NCBI GenBank assembly: GCA_020184695.1
Contig: JAANOX010000095.1
Location: 187,914 to 251,913, forward strand
Origin: Histomonas meleagridis 2922-C6/04-290x
Lineage: Eukaryota; Protista; Parabasalia
Direction of reading: 5' to 3'
DNA length: 64,000 bases
The notes below the pieces were generated by a model, which was not told the DNA's origin, did no database searches, and was given only the letters and a program-made list of their open reading frames with translations. Position 1 is the first letter of the stretch; each line of letters begins with the position of its first letter. Shown here in pieces: positions 42,758 through 56,100 of the stretch. A program made the translations under genes and the position numbers.

Positions 42758-45673
42758 TTAGGGTTTGTGAACTTTTACTGATGATTCTTTACTATTGATT
42801 AAAATTATTAAATTACTAAAATAAATTTTAAATAAAACAAATAAATATTTTTAGCATTAATATCAATTCCTTCTTGTTCAAGAAGTAATTTAACTATTTC
42901 TGTATATCCTTTTTTAGATGCATACATAAGTGCTGTATTAAATAATTTAAATAATTTCCAAATATTATTTTAAAATATCAAATTATTAAAATAAATATCA
43001 AATAAAACAAATAAATATCTTCAGTATTAATATCAATTCCTTCTTGTTCAAGAAGTAATTTAACTATTTCTGTATGACCATAACTAGATGCATAAATAAG
43101 TGCTGTATTAAATAATTTAAATAATTTCCAAATATTATTTTGAAATCTCAAATTATTAAAATAAATATCAAATAAAATAAATAAATAAATATCTTTAGCA
43201 TTAATATCAATTCCTTCATGTGCAAGAAGTAATCGAACTATTTCTATATGATCATTTAATACCGCAAGTCTAAGTTCTGTTCTAAATAATTTAAATAATT
43301 TTTAAATAAGATTTTGATATAAGAAATTATTAAAATAAAATCCATATGAAATATATAAATATCTATAACATTAATATTAATTCCTTCTTGATCAAGTAGT
43401 AATTTAACTATTTCAGGATAACCATATAAAGATGCATACATAAGGGCTGTATAAAATATTTTTAACAATTTCCAAATATTATTTCCAAATATCAAATTAT
43501 TAAATCAAAGTATAAATAAAACAAATAAATATCCATAGCATTAATATCAATTTTTTCTTGATTAAGAAGCAATTTGACAATTTCTGAATTGCCTCCTTTA
43601 GAAGCTGTAATAAGTGCTGTGGTAAATAATTTAAATGATTTCCAAATATTATATTGAAATCCAAAATTATTAAAATATATTTCAAATAAATAAAATAAAT
43701 ACTTTGAGCATTAATATCAATTCCTTTTTGATCAAGAAGCAATTTAACGATTTCTAATTTACCATTTTTAGATGCTAACACAAACGCTGTACAAAATAAT
43801 TTAAATAATTTCCAAATATTATCTTAAAATCAAAAATTATTAAAATAAATATCATATGAAATAAATAAATATCTTTAGCATTAATATCAATTCCTTCTTG
43901 TTCAAGAAGTAATTTAACGATATCTATATCACCTTTTGAAGATGCATGCATAAGTACTGTATCAAATAATTTAAATAAATACCAAATATCATTTTGAAAT
44001 ATTAAAATAATAAAATAAATCCTAAATAAAATATATAAATACCTTGAGCATTAATATCAATTCCTTTTTGAAGAAGTAATTTAACTATTTCTGTATGACC
44101 TTTTTTAGATGCTAAAATAAGTGCTGTATCAAATAATTTAAATAATTTTCAAATATTATTTTGAAATATCAATTTATTAGTATAAATATGAAATTAAACA
44201 AAAGAATATCTTTAGCATTAATATCAATTCCTTCTTGATCAAGAAGTAATTTAACTATTTCTTTATAACCTTCAAAAGATGCTACCATAAGAGCTGTTAT
44301 AAACATAAAAATTGATCATTAAACATTAATTTGAATCATAAAATTATCCTAAAAAACATTATATCAAACAATTAATCATTTTTATAATTAACATCAATTC
44401 CTTTATGTTCAAGAATATATTTAACAAGTTCAAAGTTTCCTGATTTCGTGGCGAAAAGTAAAGTATCTTTTGGAATTTGACTATAATGGAGATAATAAAT
44501 AACAAGCATTAAGTTTCCTGTTCTTGCAGCAGCATTGACAAGATAATTAATGTTTTGCATACCTTCTTTATCTAAATATGTTAAAAGCTCATAATTATTA
44601 TTTTCTATACAAATTATTTTTAATTCAATGAACTTTTTCTCTTTAATGTTTTTAATTGACAATGTATTAAAAACATTAAAATCAAACTTATAATTATAAT
44701 CAATATCTTCAGAGTAATATTCATCATTAAGTTCAGACCCTACTTGGATTTTTTCATAAACATATTTAAAGATATTATTTTGATGGAATTGAATTGCTGT
44801 TTCATATGCATCTTTAAATGTTGAATGATTTTGTTCACATAAATGAATGATTTCTTCATTTCCACCAGCAACTGCATATTTACCTGTATTATTTACTTTT
44901 GCATTATTCATAAGTAAATATTTAAAACATTTAACTGATGAAAAAAACGCTGCATAATCAATTAATGAAACATTATATTTATTAATAAATGAACATCTTT
45001 CATAAAGTGATGGTTTAATTTTTTGGTTAAAATCAAAATTTGCTTGTGATGATATTTCTTGAAGTTTTTCTATTTCATCATTTCGAATTATTTTTGCAAT
45101 TTCATTTGGATTAACTCCTTCTTTAATTAATTTCTTATGAAGTTCAAAGTTATTTGCTGAAAGTTTATCATAATCATTTATTGCTGTGCTACTAAATGGG
45201 TCATAATCAGAAAGATCAGAAGGGTTCGTTTTAAGAAGGTGTATAAAATAATATGATCGAATGTTTTTAAGAAAATTTATATCAATTAATTCCTGTTCTA
45301 TCATTTTATTAAGTAGATAATATGATTCACTCTCTTTAAATTGAGTAATATATCTACCAAATGTTTCAACGAGTTTAGGAATGTTTTGTGTTATTTCTTC
45401 TTCCTTAGTTTGAACTTCCTTCAAATACTTAATATGTAAATCACTTTCACCTTTTCGTGATTTAAAAGCAGAGTATATTAAACCACAAATCACATAATTG
45501 AATGTAAATGGGTTTTTTAAATCAAATAAATCCATAGTTCGTTTAATTGATAAATCATAATTTTCTTGGGTTAACTCAAAAATTATTTCCGTGAGAGAAT
45601 TTAATATTTGATAACATAATGATTTAGTATTTGATACATTTTCTGTCTTTGAATTATTTGTAGTGTTGAACAT
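42758..45673 (-). CDS. DUF3447-type ankyrin-repeat protein (gene C), interrupted by forty spacers; predicted 743 aa after their removal
   Basis: ATG 45673 (MFNTTNNSK); NPNEIAKIIRNDE and SLIDYAAFFSSVKCFKYL, paralogous to gene A. Ten cassettes: 44301-44377, 44131-44207, 43964-44040, 43794-43870, 43624-43700, 43454-43530, 43284-43360, 43110-43190, 42940-43016, 42770-42846. 2916 minus 684 = 2232 nt = 744 codons including TAA. Confidence 0.85.
42770..44377 (-). other. Array of non-canonical 17-nt intervening sequences with 3-nt micro-exons (gene C)
   Basis: 39 spacers of 17 nt and one of 21 nt. Example (minus strand): CAA AGT|ATTTATTTTATTTATTT|GAA|ATATATTTTAATAATTT|TGG|ATTTCAATATAATATTT|GGA|AATCATTTAAATTATTT|ACC ACA GCA CTT = QS-EWG-TTAL. 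Confidence 0.9.
42847..44297 (-). repeat. Tandem ~170-bp ankyrin repeat units
   Basis: Recurring gcattaatatcaattccttcttg..caagaagtaatttaactatttc at about 170-nt period. Confidence 0.9.
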
Positions 45674-46049
45674 ACTTGAAAAGATGAAAATTGGATTTGA
45701 ATGAAAACGATTAAAGGGTACCATTCGGATAAACTAGTCAATTAATTTCTGTCACTTTTTACCTGCTGCCAAAAAAATAATAAAAAGAAGCTAAAAAATA
45801 TTTTCAATAAAAATAATAAACTGGAACTGAAAAGCTAAGGATTACATTCATTAGATTTTTCATCATTTTATGATCAAAGAATAATCGTAGAAGCGAATCT
45901 TACAAAATAATAATTTTTATTTCCTACACGTAAAGTATTCAAATAAACTACTTTTACAATAGTTTTTAATCGTAATTTCTTGGAGTATTTTCACTATTTG
46001 AGTATATTCCGACAATGTTTTTGTTTGAATATATATTTCATCAAATCGT

Positions 46050-46470
46050 TTCGATATTTTTTCATATTTTGTTGAAAATTATGAGATGGAGTGACAAGGA
46101 AAAATATATTATTATCATTAAAAAAAATTTTTATTCATCACTTTCTATTATGAATGTATTTTATTTCGATGCTATTTCTTCGATGATTTCGTTATTTATT
46201 TTCATTCCCTGTTTTTCTGAAAACATGAAGATTTCTCTATGCATTTTTTTTTCAATATATTAATTTTTCTTCACTTAAATTACAATTATCCTTATTTTCG
46301 ATATAGAAATTCGATTTTTCTGTCATTAACTTTTCGAATTTCATTATCATAAATATAACGAAACATTTCATTTCGATGAAATTCTATTTCTTTTTCATAT
46401 GCATCTGTAAATGATGAATTATTTTGTTCACATAAATAACTAATTTCTAATACTGCATTATTTATTCTTA
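46050..46470 (-). pseudogene. Decayed DUF3447/ankyrin gene fragment
   Basis: LCEQNNSSFTDAYEKEIEFHRNEMFRYIYD matches LCEQNHSTFKDAYETAIQFHQNNIFKYVYE of gene C; surrounding frame broken. Confidence 0.65.
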
Positions 46471-46616
46471 TCATGAATTTTATCAGAATTCCAAACATAA
46501 CCCGTTCCATCTGAAGGGAATTCCAACGTTTCATAAACCAACTTTAACTTTATTCTATTTTCTGGAAATCATTTCAAACAGCAAAATTACAGCATATCAA
46601 TTTTATTTCATTATGT

Positions 46617-49600
46617 TTACAGCTCAGGTATTGGACATGTGAACTCACTGAATCTGTCCAACTTTTTACCCCTTTTCTTTATGACTATTATTACGATGAC
46701 CACTATCACTATTGCGACGACCGGAATTGTTACTCCAAGCGCGATTGCCAATGTATTTGATTTCGCTATTTCTTCGTTAGAAGGACAAGCATCGTTAAGT
46801 CCGACAATCAAATTCAAATCGCAAACGAAGTCAAAGCATAAGTTGCATCAACGTATGCATTACTTGTAGAAATGTTTTCAAACGCATTCTTTTCGAAGGC
46901 TGGTGGCTGTACTCCATAATAATAAATGCATTTAAGTGACAAACAATTACAAAATGCATTTTCGCAAATGTTCTTTACGCCAGATCCTAAAATTATTGTA
47001 ACCAATGATGTGCAATCTGAGAATGAAAATTCTCCGATTCTTTCTGTTGCGTTTGGAATGTTAATTGAGATCAATGAAGTACATTTATAAAATGCTGATA
47101 CTCCAATTGATTTAATTGTTTCACAAAGTATAATATTTTGTAATGTATTACATTCATTGAATAAATTGTCATTAATTGTATCAAGTTTCGATAATGATAA
47201 ATTAACTGAAGTAATTTGTGTTTCATCAAATGAATCAGTTTCTATGTATATAAGTTGTGGTGGCGATTGGTAATAACCTGTTTTATTTGCTGGGAATGAT
47301 ACTAATGTTGTGAAGATCTTATTATATAATACTTTATCGTTTTGATAGTTTGCAAAATATGGATTCGTTGGATCGACTTCAATTGATGTAAGTTTTGGAC
47401 AAGATTTAGTAATACATTGTCCAATGCCTTCTACTGTTGATGGTATTTCAAGTGTTACTAAATTGGTACAATTAAAGAATGCATATGATGCAATACTTTT
47501 GAGATTTGAGGGAAGTTTAAGTGTATCCAATGACGTACAACTTGCAAATCCGTACCATCCAATTGCTGAAAGGTTTTTATTAAATGTAACTTTTAAGTTT
47601 TCACATCTAGAAAATGCATAATCTCCAATCGTTTGCAAATTTGTTGGAAGTTGGATTGATCGGATTGAAACGCATTGATAAAATGCATGTGAATTAATTG
47701 TTATTAATTCTCCTTCAAGGAAATTAACTGTTTCTAAACTTTCACATTGATAAAATGTATGTGAATTAATTTTCTGAAGTTTAGATGAAAGTGTAATTGA
47801 ACTTAATTTAGAACATTGATAAAATGCATATTCACCAATTGTTTCTATATTTTCTTTAATTATACAATTCATTTCTTTACAATTATAGAATGAATAATTA
47901 CTAATAGTCTTCAAACTTGTTGGGAATGTCATTGATTTAAGTGCAACGCAATTATAAAATGCATATTGAAGTATTGTTTCAATATTATCTGTAAGTGGAA
48001 TACTTTCTAATTTATTACATCCTGAAAATGCATAAGCGCCAATATTTTTTATAGTGTTACAAAGTGTTATACTTTGTAAATTATAACAATTTTCAAATGC
48101 GCCATATGAAATTGTTTCGATTTTAGATGATGATAAATCAACTGATGTAATTCCTGAGTTTGTAAATGCAAATTCTTCAATTCCAAGAAGTTGTGCTGGC
48201 GTTTTATAAGAACCTGTTTTCTTTGGTGGGAAAGACATTAATGATGTTAATTGTTTTTTATATAAAAAGCCATCATTTTCATAATTTGCATAATTTAAGT
48301 TTGATGAGTCAACTTTAATTGATGAAAGTGATTTACATTCATTGAAAATACCTTTTCCTATACTTACAACTGATGCAGAGATTGTAATATCTGTTAAACT
48401 AGTACAATTATAAAATATATAATTACCAATATTCTTTAGATTTGTTGGAAGTAATATTGTTTGATTTGAAGTACAACCACAAAATGCAATATCTTCAATA
48501 GTTTCAACACTTTTAATTGTGACTTGTAAATTGATACAATTATAAAATGCAAAAGAACAAATCGTCTTCAAATCTGATGAAAGTGTAATTTCACTAATTG
48601 AATTACAATTATAAAATGCATATTTACCAATTGTTTCTTCATTTCCATTAAATGTAACTTGTAATTTCTTACAATTATAAAATGTATAATTTTCGATGTT
48701 TCTCAAATTTGTTGAGAATGTAATTGATTGAAGTGAATTACATTCATAAAATGCATATGATCCAATAGTATTAACATAAGGTTTAATTGTTCCTTGCATA
48801 ACTTTACAATTATAAAATGCATAGTTACCAAATATAATGGAAATGAAAATGATTCAAGTGAATTACATTCGAAAAATGCATAATCATTAATCGTTGTTAA
48901 AAATTCTCCTGAAACTGAAATTGTTTTCAAGTTTATACAATAAGAAAATGTAGATGAATTAATTGCTTGAAGTTTTGATGGAATTGAAATAGATGTAAAT
49001 TTAACACAATATGCAAATGCAAATGTACCAATAGATTCAATGTTATCTGTAAGTTTAATATTTCCTAACTTTTTACATAATGTAAATGCATATGATTGAA
49101 TAGTTTTAATCGTGTTATATAGTGTAATACTTTGTAAATTAATACAATTTCCAAATGCATATTCTCCAATTGTTTCAATTTTAGAAAATGATAAATCTAC
49201 TGATACAATTGGTGTAGAGAAAAACGCATACGCACCAATTTCAATAAGTGGTGATGGTGCTTCATAATTACTTCCTTTGTTTGGTGGGTATAAAATTAAT
49301 TTATTTATATTTTTGTTATATAAAACGTCATCATTTCCATAATTAGAAAAATATGAATTTGATGAGTCAACTTTAATTGATGAAAGTGAATTACATCCAA
49401 CAAATACATTTGATTCAATATATTCAACTGATTTTGGAATTGCAATAGTTGTTAAACTCGTACAATCACAAAACGCAAAATTGAAAATAGCAATTAAACT
49501 TGTCGGAAGTGTAATTTGTTGAAGTGAAGTACATCCCAAAAATACATAATCAAAAATTATTTCAACAGTATTTGGTAATTCAATATCATTTAACTTAATA

Positions 49601-52453
49601 CAATCAATAAATGCAAAGGATCTTATTATTTTCAAAGATCCTTCAATAAATATAACTTTAGTTAAGCTACTACATAATGAAAAAGTATTCATGGAAATTT
49701 CTTGAACTTTAGAAGGAATTATAATAGATGATAACTTAGAGCAAAAACCAAAAGCATAATTACCAATTGAAGAAACACTTTCTCCGAGTTTAATTGATTC
49801 TAAATTCAAACATCCATTAAATACATAATCTCCTAAAGAAATAATTTTATTAGGAACTTCAAAACTTGTAAATTTAATACAATTATAAAATTTCAAATTT
49901 GAAATTTGTGTTACATTTGTACCAAATACTATTTGACTTAATGAAATACAATTATAAAACGTATAATCAGGAATTGTTGCAATTTGATCACCAATTTTAA
50001 CAGATTGTAAGCTTGAGCAATTATAACAGATAGAACTTCCAATTGTTTTTACAGAATTTGGAATTTCTATGCTTTGAAGTGATATACAATCAGCAAAAAC
50101 ATAATTACTAATAGTTGTAACTTTTGAAGGAATTATTATTTGTGTTAAAGATTCACATTGTGAAAATGCATAGTAATCAATTGTTACTAAATTTTCACTT
50201 AATTTAATTTCTTTTAATTGAGTACATCTCGAAAATGCAGATGATTTAATTGTTGTAACAAGATTTGGAATTGTAATTCTTTCTAAATTAGCACATGATG
50301 AAAATGAAAGAGTTCCAATATCTGTAACTGTTTCAGCTATATCAAAATGTGAAAGTGAACAATTAAAAAATGCTGCATTACCAATTATCTCTAAATTTCC
50401 TTTAGTTATAACTGATTGAAGTGAATAACAATTCGAAAATGTATAATCATTAATTATTTTAATTGTTTCAGGTATTGTACATTTGGTCATTTTTTCGCAA
50501 TGTTCAAAAACATGTGAACCAATTGTTCGTGTGCTATGTGGAATGTTAATTTCAGTCAAAGATGTACAATAATAAAATGCATAATCATCAATTAAACTCA
50601 AGTTTGTATTTAATGTAATATCCTTTAAACTTGAACATTGATTGAAGCAAAAAGGAGGAATTGAACCTAATTTTTCACCAATAATAATTGATCTAAGTGA
50701 TGAACACAATTCAAATGCATGTGTTCGAATTAATGTAATTGAATCAGGAATAGTTACACTTGGTAATTTATTACATTCCGCAAAACAATAAGACCCAATA
50801 ATATTAATAGAATCAGTTAATGTTAATGATGAAATTTCTCCACATTGATAAAATGCATAATTACCAATTGTTATAATGTTTTTGCCAAATTGAACTGTCT
50901 GTAAACCTGATAAATGGAATGCATAATCATTAATCTTTGTAATATTGTCAGAAAATACGAAATTCCTTAATGCGTTACAATTTTCAAATGCATTATTTCC
51001 AACAGTATTAAGATTAATTGCTCCTTTTATTGTTTGTATATAACTTTGATTATTAAATGCATATTCATCAACAGTAGTAATTGTATCAATGATTTCGAAT
51101 TCAATGTTTTTATTTGCCATTGGATAATAAATAATAGAAGTCAAAGTATTATTAGATCTTCGATAAAGTACTCCATCATTATCATGATTCGAATATGCTT
51201 TATTTCCTTCTTTAACAACTTCAAGATTAAGACATTTCCAAAACACATTACCAGATGTTATGGGTTGAACTGATGCTGGAATTGTGATATTTGTTAAAGC
51301 ATAACATGAATCAAATGCATGTTGATTTATAGTTATAATAGATTTGCCAAGTAAAATAGTATGAAGTTTATAACAGCATGCAAAACAATATTGGCCAATT
51401 GTTGCAACATTATCTCCAAATATAGCAGTTTCAATGTTAGAACAATATTGAAATGCATAATCCCCAATAGAAGTAACATTATTTAAAAATGTTGCTGAAG
51501 TTAACATTTTACAATTATAAAAAGCATAATTATCAATGGTTCTTAAATCTTTTCCTAAGTAAATACTTGTAAATAAACAATATTCAAATGCATTTGCAGA
51601 AATTGTTATAATTGAATCTGGCATTGTAATATTACGCAATGAAATACAAAATGAAAATGAATATTCTCCAATTTGAAGCATTGTAGATGGAAGTTGCACA
51701 TCAATTAAACTAGTACAATATTTAAAAGTTGATGATTTAATTTCCTTAATTGGTTCTGGTATTGAAATATGTTCAATTTTAGAACATTCGTAAAAAGCGC
51801 TTTCACCAATTCCAGTTACAGAAGTCGGAATTGTAACATCTGTTAAATTACGACATGAATAAAAACATGAAACACCAATAGATACAACAGTTTGAGGAAA
51901 TTTAAATTCAACTAATGAGTAGCATGAAGAAAATGCATATGAACCAAGCTTTTTAATTTCTCCTTGGTAGAGAAGGGTATGCATATTATAACAAGAACTG
52001 AAAGCTCTATCACCGATTATAGAAATGAGGGGACCAAGTGTGCATACCTCAATACTTACATACTCTTGTGTCAACATATTTAGTTATTATGTTGATTTCA
52101 GTTTTATTGGTATTTATTGTGTGGTTTTTAATATTAGTGCTTGAAAAACAATAAGAATCCATTGCTTCAAGATTTTTGCTAATGACTAAAGTGGTTAAGC
52201 TAGTGCAATATTCGAAAGCTTGATAACCAATTGAAACAACTGTGTCTCCTATATCTACTGATTCAAGTCTCGCCCAATCCCGAAAAGCATTCCTACCAAT
52301 TGAGGTTATGTTTGGTTGAATGATAATATGCTTGGTTACGTCTTTATAAGTATCGTATTGTCCATCTGTAATTGTAGTTCCAATGTTAATAATTAACGTG
52401 TCTGAAGCACTTAAAGTGAATGAAAGCAATAATAAAAAAGTCAGTAATTTCAT
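46617..52453 (-). CDS. BspA: BspA-like (TpLRR/LRR_5) surface protein with signal peptide, TM helix and short tail; three frame breaks in this assembly
   Basis: ATG 52453 MKLLTFLLLLSFTLSA; dozens of C..L..I.LP..L..IG..AF repeats over ORFs 52049..52486, 48703..52077 and 46814..48799; TM AIALGVTIPVVAIVIVVIVIIVI plus KKRGKK in ORF 46617..46817. Confidence 0.9.
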
Positions 52454-52691
52454 TTTTGCTATTGCAAAGCAATGAAGGTTCAACAAAAAAATAAAATAAA
52501 AATATTGAGAAGAACAAGCGGTTATCGAATGTCGGTTAAACCGCTCAAAATATTCAATTTGATATAAATCACTTTTTTTATGAGGTTTATTTGGTACGTA
52601 ATTTTTGAAGAAAAATGATATTTTTTCATATCAAATGTCTCAACTCTTTCCACTTTTTAATGAATTTATTCTCAGAAAATATTATACGAGA

Positions 52692-52860
52692 TTATTTATA
52701 AAGTTTGAGTATTTTATGCATTAAAATTTCGTTTCGATGAAGGAAAATTGCTGTTTCATGTGCATCTTCAATTGCATATTTACCTGTTGTCGAAAAAATA
52801 GGTACAAAAAATGCTGAATAATCAATTGGTAAAGCAGGATTATTCTCAATGAAAAAGTAA
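52692..52860 (-). pseudogene. Collapsed DUF3447/ankyrin gene remnant
   Basis: LPIDYSAFF...TGKYAI...DAHETAIFLHRNEI are internally deleted pieces matching gene C motifs (SLIDYAAFF, TGKYAV, DAYETAIQFHQN). Confidence 0.6.
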
Positions 52861-53195
52861 TACTGAAAATGTGGAACAGTTTTCATCATTCTATTTAAAA
52901 AAATCAAAGACCAATCCAGAGAAGTAAAGAGTAAAAATAAACATAATTATGTTTGTTTTTTATTGATAATAAAAAAATTATTATAACGCGAAAATTTTAT
53001 ATTTCTAAAGAATTTCTACTCCTATTACATAAATATCATTTAACACACAGTGAAATATTATTCAATTTATCTAACAATATTTTTCTTGATTATTCAATTG
53101 ATCAGAAATAAATTTATTATTTCTTTTTAAAAAAATAACTATAAAATCAATTTTTATTTAATATTTTTTCTATTTTTAAATAAATAATAAATGTT

Positions 53196-56100
53196 TTATT
53201 TGTTTTCCATAGTTTGGCAAAACTGAATCGCATACAACAATTTTTCGTAACATATCTGATCATCAGAGTACGGCGGCAAATGCAATCTATTAAAACACGT
53301 TGCCGCAGTTGGCAGAGTTTCGTCTGGATTACTCACCGCCAATTTATCTATCTGCATAGTGAAGTCCTGATTTATTGTTGTGTTTGGTAATCTCGTCAAA
53401 GTGGTTATGAACTTCAACAACAATTTCCTTTGTTCAGGCGTTAATCTTTCGACAGCTTTCCAAAATCGAACAATGTATGGATCATTAATTCCATCATAAT
53501 CCGAAACGATTGTAATCGATTTCAAGTGTTCGATTGTTATAATGCTACTTCCTTGTGCCATTCTTGACAACAAGTTACCATTTAACAAAGGATGTGACTT
53601 AAATCCAATGTTTGTTCTGAAAGCATTTCGAATCAACTTCAAAGTTGGCTTTAAAGTTTGTATTCGATATTGTATTGATTCTTGAATATATTGTTCGACT
53701 TCATTCATCCTAACAAAACTATTATATGAATGACCTGGTAATACAGTGATTTGCCCATCCCAATTCTCGATTTTCCATGGATATATATTCTCTTCGAATC
53801 GATTATTATTAATATCTTCTCTTAAATGTTTAAACATTTCATTCATTGCATCATCTAAACATAATATATCATTATCATTAATTTTCTCTTTTGCTAAATA
53901 TTTCCAAACAATTGGCGCAAATGGTAAATCTTGGACTAAACCAGTTCGTATAACTATACCTAAATATATACCAATTGTTATATATTCATCTGTATGTTGA
54001 TTTAATTTATCATAAGGAATATATGTGTCTTGATAATTACCTTGTGATTTACGGCCATTTGGTACTTTATAACATAATTGTGACGTAGGTTCAAATATCG
54101 AATCTGCTACTTCAGTCATTAATTCTCGTGCTGGTCCACCAACATCTATAGCATGTTCATTCATGAATGTAACTGACCATGGTCTTTTACGGCATTGTAA
54201 TTGATTACTATTAATTGTCTTAAATTCTTTTGTAAGTTGTGCAATTATTGATTTATTCGAATTACCATTTCCATCTAATATTAATTTACGTGCTGAATAT
54301 CGATCAATAGTTAAATATGGAAAAGTTTTATCTTTACCACATATTATACTTTTAGAGATAATATCAGCGGATTCTTCACATGATATAAATGAAGTCATCG
54401 AATCCCATAAAAATTGTGGAACTGTTTTATAATGATTTGTTCGTATGAAATTAAAGTGATGTAATAATAACGCACGTAATAAAACAACTGTTAATGAAAA
54501 CTTTTGCGTTAAATTTGAACCTTTAGCAATAGTTTCAGTGGATGAAAACATTGGTTCTGTTAATGCATATCGAGGTAATAACATTAATAATTCTTCAGTA
54601 TCACTAGATTTCCATTTAATTGCAAATTCTTTCATATCAGAGACAAATGAATCATGAATTTTGGTGATGTCGATTTCTGTTGGTATAATTTTTTGTTTTT
54701 GTTGATCATTAATGAACTTAATTCGTACCGTATTCCATCCTCCATTAATATCTAATAATGAGACAAATAAATCTTTTCGTTTTAATGTATATATGTTATT
54801 GATTTGATTCCCTGTTATAAATTCGGTGTCTTCGAAATTAGGTGTATATGATAACATTAACATATTTTGTTGATTCCAATTTTGACCTTTTGAATTCTCG
54901 AATTTAATTTTTATTAGTTTCGATGTAGGATTAATAATATGCATTATATCATTATTCCGTTCTATATAAGGATTAACTTCATTATTAATTTCATTATTAT
55001 TATCATTATTGTTATTATATATACCATTAAGTTGTACCCAATAAGGTAATAATGACCAAAATGGAAATCCAATTAATGTATCATAACTACGTGTGAAATA
55101 TTGCATAGAACGTATACGGACTGCATAATTATCTGTAATCGATATTGGATCTAATGAAACTTGTCGAATTTTATATAAATTAGTTTTAGGCTTTGGTAAG
55201 TTTTCTTTATCTGATACAAACTCTGGGAAATAACAACATAAATCTATATAACGTTGTGAATCTAAATGAGAAATTTCCCTACGTAAAAAGAATAAAGTTC
55301 TTTTAGATTTAATTCGATTAACTTTAATTAAACTTCCTAAGATATATAATTTAGATTTATATTCTAATGAAGTATCAAATGGTGATGGAGGTATTCTATT
55401 TTCAATTAATGTTGTATATTCATCTAAATATAAATAAACAAAAGGACTTTGAGCTATTAACATATTTGTAAATACCATTTTTAATATAGTTTTGTTTTGT
55501 GATGTATCGACTAAATATAATAAATTCTTTAATAATATTAATACTTCAAAAGCAGTATCAAAACAAAATGAATTATCAATTGATGATATCGAAAATATTG
55601 AAATCCCATTATTATTTGTTATGTTTGGTGAGAATTTCATTAATATTTGTTTATCTTTAATTATATAAGGAAATGAATGATATAAATTATCAACAATAAT
55701 TGCATCATTTAATATAGGCTCAAAAGAATTTAATGTAATTATTGCATATTTTTGTCGAGGTGAACAATATTGTGATAAAGATTTCGGTGGGAAAAATGTA
55801 TGGCTTTTATGTGGGTAATTAATTAAATGCATTTCTTTACTTTCACTAATATTTAATAACTGTAAACAAAGCTTGTCAATGTTACCTGGTACTTTAATAA
55901 GAGATTTTAATGCTTCTTTAGCTTCTGTTTCTAATGATAAGAATAATATTGTTGGATCTTCCCATGAAGTTTTATTTAATGAAAATGGAAAACGATTATC
56001 AATAAATAAACTCTTCGAAAATTGTTCCATTGATATTGATAATAATGAGAATAATTTTATTGGATTTGTTATCATTTCTGGTTTCGATTTTGTAATACGT

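Noticed and set aside
42770-44377. CRISPR-like repeat-spacer array
   Set aside because: The repeats are protein-coding ankyrin units in a eukaryotic context; no cas genes and no identical palindromic repeats.
52051-52066. 16-nt GTATGT...AG mini-intron at the first BspA frame break
   Set aside because: Its removal restores the frame but deletes residues needed for the LRR period (SIE), and there is no branch motif; any +1 correction works equally well.
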